A stretch of DNA of 64,000 bases, from positions 92,407-156,406 of the forward strand of contig VFJZ01000007.1 in NCBI GenBank assembly GCA_009885805.1, in the 5' to 3' direction. Under the pieces are notes generated by a model, which was given only the letters and a program-made list of their open reading frames with translations, was not told where the DNA came from and did no database searches. Origin of the DNA: Actinomycetota bacterium (GTDB taxonomy: Bacteria > Actinomycetota > Thermoleophilia > Gaiellales > F1-60-MAGs149). Made by a program: the position numbers and the translations under genes. Shown in pieces: positions 37,073 through 45,317 of the stretch (positions are counted from its first letter, which is position 1; every line of letters begins with the position of its first letter).

Positions 37073-38399
37073 CGCGATCCGGTCGCTGGCGCTCTACGCC
37101 GATCGCCTGAAGCACGCCGATCCGTACCGGACGATGGGCCGGGTCGCCGAGGTGATCGGACTGATCGTGGAGTCGACCGGCCCGGAGGCGGAAGTGGGGG
37201 AGCTGTGTCTCATCGGCTCCGACCGCCGGCCCCGGGTCCTGGCCGAGGTCGTCGGGTTCCGCGACGGCCGCACGCTGCTGATGCCCCTCGGCGAGCTCGG
37301 CGGCATCCGCCCCGGCGATCCGGTCGTCGGCGCCGGCCACGGACTGTCGACGCCGGTCGGTGACGTGGTCCTGGGCCGCGTGCTCGATGGCCTCGGCAAC
37401 CCGATCGACGACGGCGAGCCGCTCGACAGCGCTGGCCGCTACGTCGAGCGGCGCTCGCTCAGCTCGGCGCCGCCGTCGCCGATGCGTCGGCAACCGATCG
37501 ACCGTCGACTACCGCTCGGCGTCCGCGCGCTCGACGTGCTCGTGCCCTGTGGACGCGGTCAGCGGCTCGGAATTTTCGCCGGCTCCGGGGTCGGCAAGTC
37601 GACGCTCCTCGGCATGATCGCCCGCAACACCGAGGCCGACGTGACCGTGATCGGCCTCGTTGGCGAGCGCGGTCGCGAGGTCCGGGAGTTCGTCGACCGT
37701 GATCTCGGCCCTGCCGGCCTCGCACGCTCGGTGCTGTGCGTGGCGACCTCGGATCAGCCGGCGCTCGCCCGGATCAAGTGCGCCGAGACGGCGATGACGA
37801 TCGCCGAGGCCTTCCGCGACGAGGGCAAGGACGTCCTGCTCCTGATCGACTCCGTGACGCGGTTTGCGATGGCTCAGCGCGAGATCGGACTCGCGGTCGG
37901 CGAACCGCCGGCCAGCCGTGGCTACACGCCGAGCGTGTTCTCCGCCCTGCCGCGGCTGCTGGAGCGAGCCGGCACCGGAGTGCGCGGCTCGATCACCGCC
38001 CTGATCACCGTCCTCGTCGAGGGCGACGACATGAACGAGCCGGTCGCCGACGCCGTGCGAGGCATCCTCGACGGGCACCTCGTGCTCGACCGCGCGCTCG
38101 CGCACCGCAATCACTATCCGGCGATCGACGTCCTCGCGTCGGTGTCACGGCTGACACCGGCGATCACGACCGTCGCCGCCCGTGAGGCCGCCGGGCGGCT
38201 GCGCGAGCTGCTTGCGTTGCACCGCTCGAAGGAGGATCTGATCTCCATCGGCGCCTACGCTCGCGGCTCGGACCCCCGGCTCGATGAGGCGATCGACCTG
38301 ATCGCGCCGATCGAGGCCTTCCTGCGCCAGGGAGCAGACGAGGCCGAGCAGCCGGAGATCGCCGAACGGCGCCTGGCGAACCTCCTCGGAATGAACTGA
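37065..38399 (+). CDS. fliI: Flagellum-specific ATPase FliI
   Basis: Walker A GSGVGKST and Walker B LLLIDSVTR are present. Overall it resembles an F1/T3SS ATPase. Confidence 0.92.
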   Translation: MPDAIRSLALYADRLKHADPYRTMGRVAEVIGLIVESTGPEAEVGELCLIGSDRRPRVLAEVVGFRDGRTLLMPLGELGGIRPGDPVVGAGHGLSTPVGDVVLGRVLDGLGNPIDDGEPLDSAGRYVERRSLSSAPPSPMRRQPIDRRLPLGVRALDVLVPCGRGQRLGIFAGSGVGKSTLLGMIARNTEADVTVIGLVGERGREVREFVDRDLGPAGLARSVLCVATSDQPALARIKCAETAMTIAEAFRDEGKDVLLLIDSVTRFAMAQREIGLAVGEPPASRGYTPSVFSALPRLLERAGTGVRGSITALITVLVEGDDMNEPVADAVRGILDGHLVLDRALAHRNHYPAIDVLASVSRLTPAITTVAAREAAGRLRELLALHRSKEDLISIGAYARGSDPRLDEAIDLIAPIEAFLRQGADEAEQPEIAERRLANLLGMN

Positions 38400-38482
38400 A
38401 CTACTCCAGAAAATATGTCTTTCAACCGATATAGATACTGGCTACGGATGGCCGCGCCGACCTTCGCGTCGCAGCCATCCCC

Positions 38483-38944
38483 ATGAAACGCTTCCGCTTC
38501 ACCCTCGAGACCGTCCGCGACCTCCGCGACGACCGTCAGACGGCCGCGATGCTCGTCCTCGCCGACCGGATCCGGACGCACGGACACGCACAGTCCGCCG
38601 CGGAGGCGTCACTGCGTCGGCATCGCCGGGCCCAGCAGGCGCTGGCCGGGGCAGGCCGTGCCGCTGCGATGCTCGTGCAGGCCGATCGGGACCGGGACGC
38701 CGCCAGGCTGTCGCTCGAGTCGTCCGCGATCGACCTGCGAGAGACCACCTTCGGGGTCGACGCCGCCCGTGACGATCTGGTCGAGGCGCGCCAGGCGCTG
38801 GAGCGAGTCACCCACCTGGAGGCGCACCGCCGCGCCGATCACCGCCGCCGACAGCTGGCCGAGGAGGAGCGCGAGCTCGCGGAGATGACCGAGGCCCGGA
38901 GGGCGCGCGCAGCCGCGATGGCGCGGCGTGGAGTGCTGCGATGA
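38483..38944 (+). CDS. fliJ: Flagellar export chaperone-like protein FliJ
   Basis: The 153-aa coiled-coil protein starts MKRFRFTLETV and sits immediately after fliI. Confidence 0.65.
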   Translation: MKRFRFTLETVRDLRDDRQTAAMLVLADRIRTHGHAQSAAEASLRRHRRAQQALAGAGRAAAMLVQADRDRDAARLSLESSAIDLRETTFGVDAARDDLVEARQALERVTHLEAHRRADHRRRQLAEEERELAEMTEARRARAAAMARRGVLR

Positions 38945-39969
38945 GTGTTGCCGAGGCCCTCTCCCGCGTCACCGCGATCCAGGCGCGCATCGCCACCATC
39001 GCCCCGCGACCGGCGCCGCCGCCGTCCCCGCCGACCCCGACCTTCGGCGCGATGCTGCAGGGCGAGGCCGCGATCGGGGGCGCCGGGCTCGTTCCCGTCG
39101 GCGCCGGCGGCGCGAGTCTCGGCGAGCCGTCGCAGTTCGACGCGCTGATCGTGCAGGCGGCGCAGGAGGCCGGTGTCCCGCCAGCGCTCGTCAAGGCGGT
39201 GGCGAAGGCCGAGTCCGGTTTCAATCCCGGCGCTGTGTCACCGGCCGGAGCCTCCGGACTGATGCAGCTGATGCCCGGAACCGCGCGCGGGCTCGGTGTC
39301 ACCGATCCGTTCGACCCCCTTCAGAGTCTGCGCGGCGGCGCCCGCTATCTCCGCGCCCAGCTCGACCGCTTCGGCGGTGACCCGTCGCTGGCGCTCGCGG
39401 CCTACAACGCCGGCCCAGGCGCGGTCGCCAAGTACGGCGGCATCCCGCCGTACGCCGAGACGCAGGCGTACGTGCCTCGCGTTCTCGGTTACTTCCAGCA
39501 GTTCGGCGGTGCGTCGGCCACCGCGGCGCCGGCCGCGACGCCGGGCGCCAGCCCCGCGTTCGGCGCCGAGGCGGCGCTGCCATTCACGCTCGCCGGCGGT
39601 GCCTCGGTCGGCGGTGAGGTCGTGCGACGCGGGATGGAGCATCTCGGCACCCCCTACGTGTGGGGTGGCGAGCAACCCGGCGGCTTCGACTGTTCGGGCC
39701 TGGCGCAATACCTCTACGGCCAGCAGGGCGTGCAGATGCCGCGGGTCTCCCAGGACCAGTTCCGCGCCGGCCGGAGCGTCCCGACCAACCAGATGCAGCC
39801 GGGCGACCTCGTCTTCTTCTCGAAGAACGGTGACGTCCATCACATGGGCATCTACATCGGTGGCGGGCGGTTCCTGCACGCGCCTCGCACCGGCGATGTC
39901 GTGAAGATCTCAGCCCTCTCCGAACCGCACTACGCCCGCGAGTTCGCGGGTGCGCGGCGGTACGCGTGA
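38941..39969 (+). CDS. Bifunctional peptidoglycan hydrolase: SLT lytic transglycosylase domain fused to an NlpC/P60 endopeptidase domain
   Basis: SLT motifs are AESGFNPGAVSPAGASGLMQLMP and AAYNAGPGAV. NlpC/P60 motifs are GTPYVWGG...FDCSGL, GDLVFF and HHMGIYIGGGRFLHAP. Its ATG overlaps the fliJ stop. Confidence 0.8.
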   Translation: MSVAEALSRVTAIQARIATIAPRPAPPPSPPTPTFGAMLQGEAAIGGAGLVPVGAGGASLGEPSQFDALIVQAAQEAGVPPALVKAVAKAESGFNPGAVSPAGASGLMQLMPGTARGLGVTDPFDPLQSLRGGARYLRAQLDRFGGDPSLALAAYNAGPGAVAKYGGIPPYAETQAYVPRVLGYFQQFGGASATAAPAATPGASPAFGAEAALPFTLAGGASVGGEVVRRGMEHLGTPYVWGGEQPGGFDCSGLAQYLYGQQGVQMPRVSQDQFRAGRSVPTNQMQPGDLVFFSKNGDVHHMGIYIGGGRFLHAPRTGDVVKISALSEPHYAREFAGARRYA

Positions 39970-39990
39970 GGCAATCGAGGAGGAGAGGAG

Positions 39991-41280
39991 GTGATTTCCA
40001 TGACAGATACCCCAATCACAACGACGGCCCCCGGCGGTCTGATCGCGGCCATCGTCGCTGCCCCTGAGGCAGCGGTCGAGGCGGTCGATGACAGCGGTGG
40101 CCTGGCGACGGCGTTCTCTACGCTGCTCGACTCCCTGGCGACCTCGCCAGCGACCGTCGGCGGCGTCGACGTCGAGGCTGCGGCCGAGGCTGAGGCCGAG
40201 GCCGCGGCCGAGACGGAAGGTGGGGATGAAGCGGTCGCCGCGACGGTGGCCGGGTTCGCCGTTCCCATGCCCGTCACCCTGCCGTTCAGTCCGGTGCCCG
40301 TGACGGCTCCGGTCGTTGCGGAGACGATCGAGGCACCGATCGCGGCCGTGGCGGCGGGCGCGCTGCCTCCGGTTCCGGTCACCACCGGCGCCGAGGGCGA
40401 GCCCGACACGCCACCGCCGGCCGTCGTTCCGGTCACGACCGGATCAGTGACAGCCGAGCGGCACGCGACGGTCGAGCGGCCCGCGACGATCGCCATGCCC
40501 GACGCCCCGATCGACGAGGCGATCGTGCAGGCGGCAATCGCTGCCGTCGCGACGACGGCGAAGCCTGAGCCGTCGACGCGTCCGCGCCGAAACGGCGATG
40601 CGGTCAGTTCGCGTCCGTCAGAGACGGCGACGGCGACGGCGACGGCGACGGTTCCGTCCGCGCCACCGGCCGCGGCACCCGTCGCCCCGGCGGCGGCAAG
40701 GGTGCCGACCGACCAGCCGAAGGACGGTCAGGACAACGGGAGGCCCGCGCCTCCGGCCGACCCGCTCGCCGGAGTCCTGGTCGACCGGCGCGGGCTCACG
40801 ACGACAGACACGACGTCGGCGCCCCCGTCCGCGATCGAGACGATCGACCGCGAGCGGATCGAGCGGCTCGCGGAGGGGCTCGCCGTTCGCCTGCGCGCGT
40901 CGCAGGCGTCGGACGGTGCACGCATCCGCATGCTGCTCGAACCGCGTGAGCTCGGCGAGGTGATCATCCGGCTCGACATCCGCGACGGCGTCGCTCAGGC
41001 ATTCCTGACGGCGGAGTCGCACGAGTCGGCGAAAGCCCTGCAGGCCGCGCTCGGTGACCTGCGGACAGCTCTGGCCGATCGTGGCCTGAACCTCGAGCGG
41101 ATCGACGTTCGCGTCGCCGGCGACGGCGCCCGCGAGGGTGTTAGGGACGGCGCGGCCGACGCACGCCACGGCCGCTCGGCCCACCACTCCAGCGGCTCGG
41201 CGGTCGAGGAGACCGAAATGGACGGAACGACCCAGACCGACGCGAGCATCAGCGGCCACGCCGTGTGGATACTCGCCTGA
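39991..41280 (+). CDS. fliK: Flagellar hook-length control protein FliK
   Basis: A long Ala/Pro/Thr/Glu-rich low-complexity N-terminal part is followed by a Flg_hook-type C-terminal domain (IRMLLEPRELGEVIIRLDIRDGVAQAFLTAES...LQAALGDLRTALADRGLNLERIDV). Confidence 0.7.
   Translation: MISMTDTPITTTAPGGLIAAIVAAPEAAVEAVDDSGGLATAFSTLLDSLATSPATVGGVDVEAAAEAEAEAAAETEGGDEAVAATVAGFAVPMPVTLPFSPVPVTAPVVAETIEAPIAAVAAGALPPVPVTTGAEGEPDTPPPAVVPVTTGSVTAERHATVERPATIAMPDAPIDEAIVQAAIAAVATTAKPEPSTRPRRNGDAVSSRPSETATATATATVPSAPPAAAPVAPAAARVPTDQPKDGQDNGRPAPPADPLAGVLVDRRGLTTTDTTSAPPSAIETIDRERIERLAEGLAVRLRASQASDGARIRMLLEPRELGEVIIRLDIRDGVAQAFLTAESHESAKALQAALGDLRTALADRGLNLERIDVRVAGDGAREGVRDGAADARHGRSAHHSSGSAVEETEMDGTTQTDASISGHAVWILA
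40624..40651 (+). repeat. (ACGGCG)4 plus a partial unit: in-frame hexanucleotide microsatellite (Thr-Ala)n inside fliK
   Basis: The tandem repeat was read directly from the sequence. It translates to TATATATAT. Confidence 0.9.
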
Positions 41281-41324
41281 TCGCCCGTGCAACCACCAGA
41301 CAAGACACGAGAAAGGAGGTAGTG

Positions 41325-41744
41325 ATGCCCAACCCCGTCAGCAGTACCAGCCCGGTGTTCGGCGGTCCCGGTAGCCCGGGGACGGTCGAACGTGCCGACT
41401 CGTCCGGATCGTGGGGCGGCGACACGTTCCTCCGGCTCCTGATGGCGCAGATGACGCATCAGGATCCGCTCGCGCCGACCGATTCGGCGCAGATGCTGAC
41501 GCAGCTCGCCCAGTTCGCGAACGTCGAGGGCGTCAACAAGCTCAACACGCAGGTCACCGCGCTCAACCTCGGGCAGGACTTCGCGGCCGCAGTCTCGATG
41601 ATCGGGAAGTCGGTCACGTGGCTCGACGACGAGGGCGCAACCCGGACCGGCATCGTGCAGGGCGTCAAGCCGAGCCCGACCGGCGCCGTGCTCGTGATCG
41701 ACGGCGAGGATGTCCCCTCCGGCTTCGTGCAGAGGGTGGAGTAG
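41325..41744 (+). CDS. flgD: Flagellar hook capping/assembly protein FlgD
   Basis: ATG 41325 follows GAAAGGAGG. The FlgD motif is FLRLLMAQMTHQDPLAPTDSAQMLTQLAQF. Confidence 0.8.
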   Translation: MPNPVSSTSPVFGGPGSPGTVERADSSGSWGGDTFLRLLMAQMTHQDPLAPTDSAQMLTQLAQFANVEGVNKLNTQVTALNLGQDFAAAVSMIGKSVTWLDDEGATRTGIVQGVKPSPTGAVLVIDGEDVPSGFVQRVE

Positions 41745-41746
41745 CG

Positions 41747-42124
41747 GTGGATCCGCGCCTCTCACCCGTCTCGCGCGCCGGCGGTCTGACAGCGCTCGGG
41801 GTCGCCGCTCCCGTTGCCCCCGCTCCGCGGACCGACGGTCCAACGTTCGCCGAGACGCTCGGCGGCCAACTCGGCGTCCGCTTCTCGGCGCACGCCGAGG
41901 CTCGCCTGCAGAGCCGTGGTCTCTCGTTCGACTCCAGCCAGCTCGAACGGCTGTCGTCGGGCGTCGACGCCGCCGCCGCCAAGGGCAGCCGCGAGGCGCT
42001 CGTCCTCCTCGACGAGGTCGCGATGGTCGTCGCGGTGCGCAACCGCACCGTCGTCACCGCCGTCCCGCGCGAGGAAGCCTCGCAATCCGTGTTCACCAAC
42101 ATCGATACCGCCGTCATCACCTGA
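41747..42124 (+). CDS. Flagellar operon protein of the TIGR02530-like family (located between flgD and flgE)
   Basis: The motifs VRFSAHAEARLQSRGL...AAAKGSREALVLLDEVAMVVAVRNRTVVTAV...VFTNIDTAVI match the family as I recall it. It is positioned as in clostridial and spirochaetal operons. Confidence 0.6.
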   Translation: MDPRLSPVSRAGGLTALGVAAPVAPAPRTDGPTFAETLGGQLGVRFSAHAEARLQSRGLSFDSSQLERLSSGVDAAAAKGSREALVLLDEVAMVVAVRNRTVVTAVPREEASQSVFTNIDTAVIT

Positions 42125-42214
42125 CGACGCGACTCCGGCTGGACCGCGACGACACCGTCGTCCGGAGGTCGGTTGGGACCCGCCCGAAGTGCGGGCCCGA
42201 AGGAGGAAATCCCA

Positions 42215-43120
42215 GTGCTCCGTTCCATGTTCACCGCCATCGGCGGACTCCGAAATCACCAGGTCATGCTCGACGTGACCGCCAACAACATCGCCAACGT
42301 CAACACCGTCGGTTACAAGTCGCAGCGCATCGCGTTCGAGTCGATGATGGCGCAGGTGCTGCGCGGTGCCGCATCGCCGGTCGCCGGTCAGAGCGGCGGC
42401 TCCGGTCCGACCGAGGTCGGCCTCGGCATGACGATGAACTCGATCGGCTCCGTCATGACGCAGGGGTCGCTGCAGACCACGGGTCAGTGGTCGGACATCG
42501 GCATCAACGGCGACGGCTACTTCATGGTCGGTACGTCGCTCAACGCCTCGAACCTCGTCCAGGCGACGTCGCAGGTCCAGTTCACCCGGGCCGGCAACTT
42601 CACGGTTGACAAGGACGGCTTCCTCGTCGACCAGCACGGCGGCTTCATCCTCGGCCTGCAGGCGCCGCCGCCGCCGCAGACACCGCCGGTGGCGTTCGGT
42701 ACGACGCTCGGCGGCCTGAAGCTGCCGAACGGCGCGACCAGCGTCTCGATCGACCAGAACGGCGTCGTCAGCTACGACCTGAACGGTCGGCAGCTGCTGG
42801 GGCAGATCCAGCTGGCGAAGTTCCCGAACCCCGCTGGCCTCTCCCGCGTCGGGGCGAACAACCTCGAGGATACGCCGAACTCCGGCATCTTCGACGCGAC
42901 CGACCCGACCGGCGTCACGGGTGGCGGCAACGTCGTCTGGGGCGCTGCCAACACGACCGGCATCGGCTCGCTCGCGTCGGGCGCGCTGGAGATGTCGAAC
43001 GTCGACCTCGCGCTCGAGTTCACGAACATGATCGTCGCGCAGCGTGGCTTCCAGGCCAACACGCGCGTGATCACCACCTCCGACGAGGTCCTGCAGGAGC
43101 TCGTCAACATCAAGCGCTGA
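42215..43120 (+). CDS. flgE: Flagellar hook protein FlgE (short, ~301 aa)
   Basis: GTG 42215 follows GAAGGAGGA. The N-terminus reads LRSMFTAIGGLRNHQVMLDVTANNIANVNTVGYK. The C-terminus reads LEMSNVDLALEFTNMIVAQRGFQANTRVITTSDEVLQELVNIKR. Confidence 0.8.
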   Translation: MLRSMFTAIGGLRNHQVMLDVTANNIANVNTVGYKSQRIAFESMMAQVLRGAASPVAGQSGGSGPTEVGLGMTMNSIGSVMTQGSLQTTGQWSDIGINGDGYFMVGTSLNASNLVQATSQVQFTRAGNFTVDKDGFLVDQHGGFILGLQAPPPPQTPPVAFGTTLGGLKLPNGATSVSIDQNGVVSYDLNGRQLLGQIQLAKFPNPAGLSRVGANNLEDTPNSGIFDATDPTGVTGGGNVVWGAANTTGIGSLASGALEMSNVDLALEFTNMIVAQRGFQANTRVITTSDEVLQELVNIKR

Positions 43121-43162
43121 TCGAGGACCTGTCGGGTGCTCAGCGGCGTTCTCATGCTCATC

Positions 43163-43199
43163 GCGCGCTCCCGCCGCCAGTTGGCGGCGGGAGACGCGC
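43163..43199 (+). terminator. Strong stem-loop after flgE (11-bp perfect core CTCCCGCCGCC/GGCGGCGGGAG with loop AGTT, extendable to ~16 bp with one bulge); possible attenuator or processing site
   Basis: The inverted repeat was read directly. It lies in the 174-nt flgE-flbD spacer. No U-tract follows it. Confidence 0.4.
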
Positions 43200-43294
43200 T
43201 CGAGGTCGCGGCGCGCGCGCGGAGCGTCCGCAAGACGCTGCACCGTCCACCGGACTTCCGTCACAAGCTGCTGAATCGCGAGGAGAATCGCGCC

Positions 43295-43504
43295 ATGATC
43301 AAGCTCCACCACGGCCGCGAAGGTCGCGAGATCTGGGTCAACGCCGACCTGATCGAGACCGTCGAGGCCACGCCCGACACCGTCGTCAAGCTCACGACCG
43401 ATCGGCGGATGATCGTCACGGAGACGCCCGAGGAGCTCGTCGCCCTCGTGGTCGAGATGAAGCGCAGGGCGGAAAATCGTCCTCATGTCATTTCCGACCG
43501 TTGA
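43295..43504 (+). CDS. flbD: Flagellar protein FlbD
   Basis: The 69-aa product reads MIKLHHGREGREIWVNADLIETVEATPDTVVKLTTDRRMIVTETPEELV, which matches the FlbD family pattern. GAGGAG lies upstream. Confidence 0.75.
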   Translation: MIKLHHGREGREIWVNADLIETVEATPDTVVKLTTDRRMIVTETPEELVALVVEMKRRAENRPHVISDR

Positions 43505-43554
43505 CGATAGAACGCAAGTACTCTCGTCTACCTTTTTTGAGTCACAAGTAGCCA

Positions 43555-44370
43555 GTGGATCCCGGAACCATCATCGGCCTCGTCCTCGGTATCGTCGCGG
43601 TGTTCGTCGCCATGATTCTCGAGGGTGGCAACCCGGCCGCCTTCATCCTGCCGTCGCCGCTCGTGCTGGTCATCTTCGGCACGCTCGGCGTGACCATGGC
43701 GTCGACGGGGCTGAAGGCGTCGCTGCGCATCCCGGGCCTGTACATCAAGGCGATGACGGGGAAGCCACCGAGTCGTCCGGACGCGATCAAGGCGCTCGTG
43801 AAGATGGCCGAGCGCGCCCGTCGCGAGGGCCTGCTGGCACTGGAGGAGGAGGCCGAGGTCGTCGAGGAGCCGTTCCTCGCGCGGGGTCTGCGGCTGGTCA
43901 TCGACGGCACCGATCCCGAGCTCGTCAAGGACATCCTCGATCTCGATGTCGAAGCGATGGCCGGCCGCCACCACGAGAGCGCCGCCCTCTTCACGCACGC
44001 CGCCGGCTTCGCACCGACGATCGGCATCATCGGGACGGTGATGGGACTCGTCCACGTGCTCGAGAACCTGTCGAACCCGGCCGCGCTCGGCCCGGCGATC
44101 GCCGCCGCCTTCATCGCGACGTTCTTCGGGGTCGCGTCGGCGAACCTGATCTACCTGCCGGTCGCGAACAAGCTGAAGGAGCTGTCGACCCACGAGGCCG
44201 ACGCCCGGACGATGATGATCGAGGGGATCCTCTCGATCCAGGCGGGCGACAACCCTCGCATCGTCGAGGAGAAGCTGAAGACGTTCCTGGAGCCGTCGGA
44301 GCGCAAGCACTTCGAGGCTCAGGACGACGCGGCGTCCGGCGGCGCCGAGGACCAGAAGAAGGCCGCGTAG
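43555..44370 (+). CDS. motA: Flagellar stator protein MotA
   Basis: The MotA/TolQ/ExbB-type channel protein has 4 TM segments. Conserved motifs are APTIGIIGTVMGL and FIATFFGVASANLIYLP. Confidence 0.85.
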   Translation: MDPGTIIGLVLGIVAVFVAMILEGGNPAAFILPSPLVLVIFGTLGVTMASTGLKASLRIPGLYIKAMTGKPPSRPDAIKALVKMAERARREGLLALEEEAEVVEEPFLARGLRLVIDGTDPELVKDILDLDVEAMAGRHHESAALFTHAAGFAPTIGIIGTVMGLVHVLENLSNPAALGPAIAAAFIATFFGVASANLIYLPVANKLKELSTHEADARTMMIEGILSIQAGDNPRIVEEKLKTFLEPSERKHFEAQDDAASGGAEDQKKAA

Positions 44371-44371
44371 C

Positions 44372-45283
44372 ATGGCGCGGAAACGCGTACACGAGCATGC
44401 CGACGAACGCTGGCTGCTGACCTACGCGGACATGATCACGCTGCTGATGGCGCTGTTCATGGTGCTGTTCAGCATGGCAGTCGTCAACAAGGGCAAGTTC
44501 GACGAGCTGGCGCGCTCCCTGAAGGAGAGCTTCTCCGGGCCGCTCGGGCCGGGTGGCGACTCGATTCTCAGCGTTGGTGCGCCGATCCCGGCCCCGAACG
44601 ACACACCGCAGCCCGACCCGCTGCCGCCGATTGCGGAGGGGTCGAAGCCGCCTGCGCCGGCCGAGACGGAGGAGACGAAGCGCGCGCTCGAGAGCGCCCG
44701 CGTCGCGGCCCAGCTGCAGGACAACAGCCTCAAGGACGCCAAGGCACGCATCGATGCGAGGGTCGACGAGATCGGGCTCCAGGATCAGGTGGAGACGCAG
44801 ATCCTGGCGGAGGGGCTTGTCATCCGCCTGCTCACGGACAACGTCCTATTCGATGTCGGCTCCGCGACGATCCGCTCCGGGACCGGGCCGCTGCTGGAGG
44901 CGGTCGCGCAGGCGATCAACGCCGTCGGCGACAACCCGATCCGGGTCGCCGGACACACCGACGCGATTCCGTTCGCCGGCAACCCGCACGGCAACGATCA
45001 GCTGTCGGCCGACCGTGCGGTTGCGGTCTACAGCTACCTCGTCGACCACGGCCTGTCCGAGGAGGCGCATCCCGACCTGGGCTTCGAGGGCTTCGGCGAG
45101 CGGCGCCCTCTCACCCCAAACGACCCGAAGACCGGTGCCGGCCGGCGCAACCGGCGCGTCGAGGTGCTGGTGAAGAAGATCGACTACGTCGGCGAGGCGC
45201 AGTCTGCCGCCACCGGCGCGCTCGGGACGAACGCGGTTGGCATTCCGCAGATCACGCCTGCGGCCCCTCAGATCCACCCGTGA
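44372..45283 (+). CDS. motB: Flagellar stator protein MotB (OmpA-like C-terminal domain)
   Basis: The N-terminus WLLTYADMITLLMALFMVLF carries the conserved Asp. The C-terminal OmpA-like motif is GHTD...N..LSADRA. Confidence 0.85.
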   Translation: MARKRVHEHADERWLLTYADMITLLMALFMVLFSMAVVNKGKFDELARSLKESFSGPLGPGGDSILSVGAPIPAPNDTPQPDPLPPIAEGSKPPAPAETEETKRALESARVAAQLQDNSLKDAKARIDARVDEIGLQDQVETQILAEGLVIRLLTDNVLFDVGSATIRSGTGPLLEAVAQAINAVGDNPIRVAGHTDAIPFAGNPHGNDQLSADRAVAVYSYLVDHGLSEEAHPDLGFEGFGERRPLTPNDPKTGAGRRNRRVEVLVKKIDYVGEAQSAATGALGTNAVGIPQITPAAPQIHP

Positions 45284-45286
45284 TCT

Positions 45287-45294
45287 GCCGATAA
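45287..45294 (+). promoter_or_regulatory. Perfect sigma-28 -10 consensus octamer GCCGATAA, 24 nt upstream of the fliL ATG
   Basis: The octamer was read directly. The matching -35 (TAAA expected near 45268) is poor (TCAG). Confidence 0.3.
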
Positions 45295-45317
45295 CACGCT
45301 CTGAAAGCGATACGACC

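Noticed and set aside
38255-38587. 110-aa minus-strand ORF spanning the fliI-fliJ spacer.
   Set aside because: It overlaps the 3' end of fliI and the 5' end of fliJ in antisense, and it has no recognisable features or RBS. It is most likely spurious.
43136-43294. Possible longer FlbD, or an extra small gene in the flgE-flbD gap.
   Set aside because: FlbD family proteins are ~70 aa and homology begins at MIKLHH (43295), preceded by GAGGAG. The upstream part is Arg-rich and is occupied by a strong hairpin.
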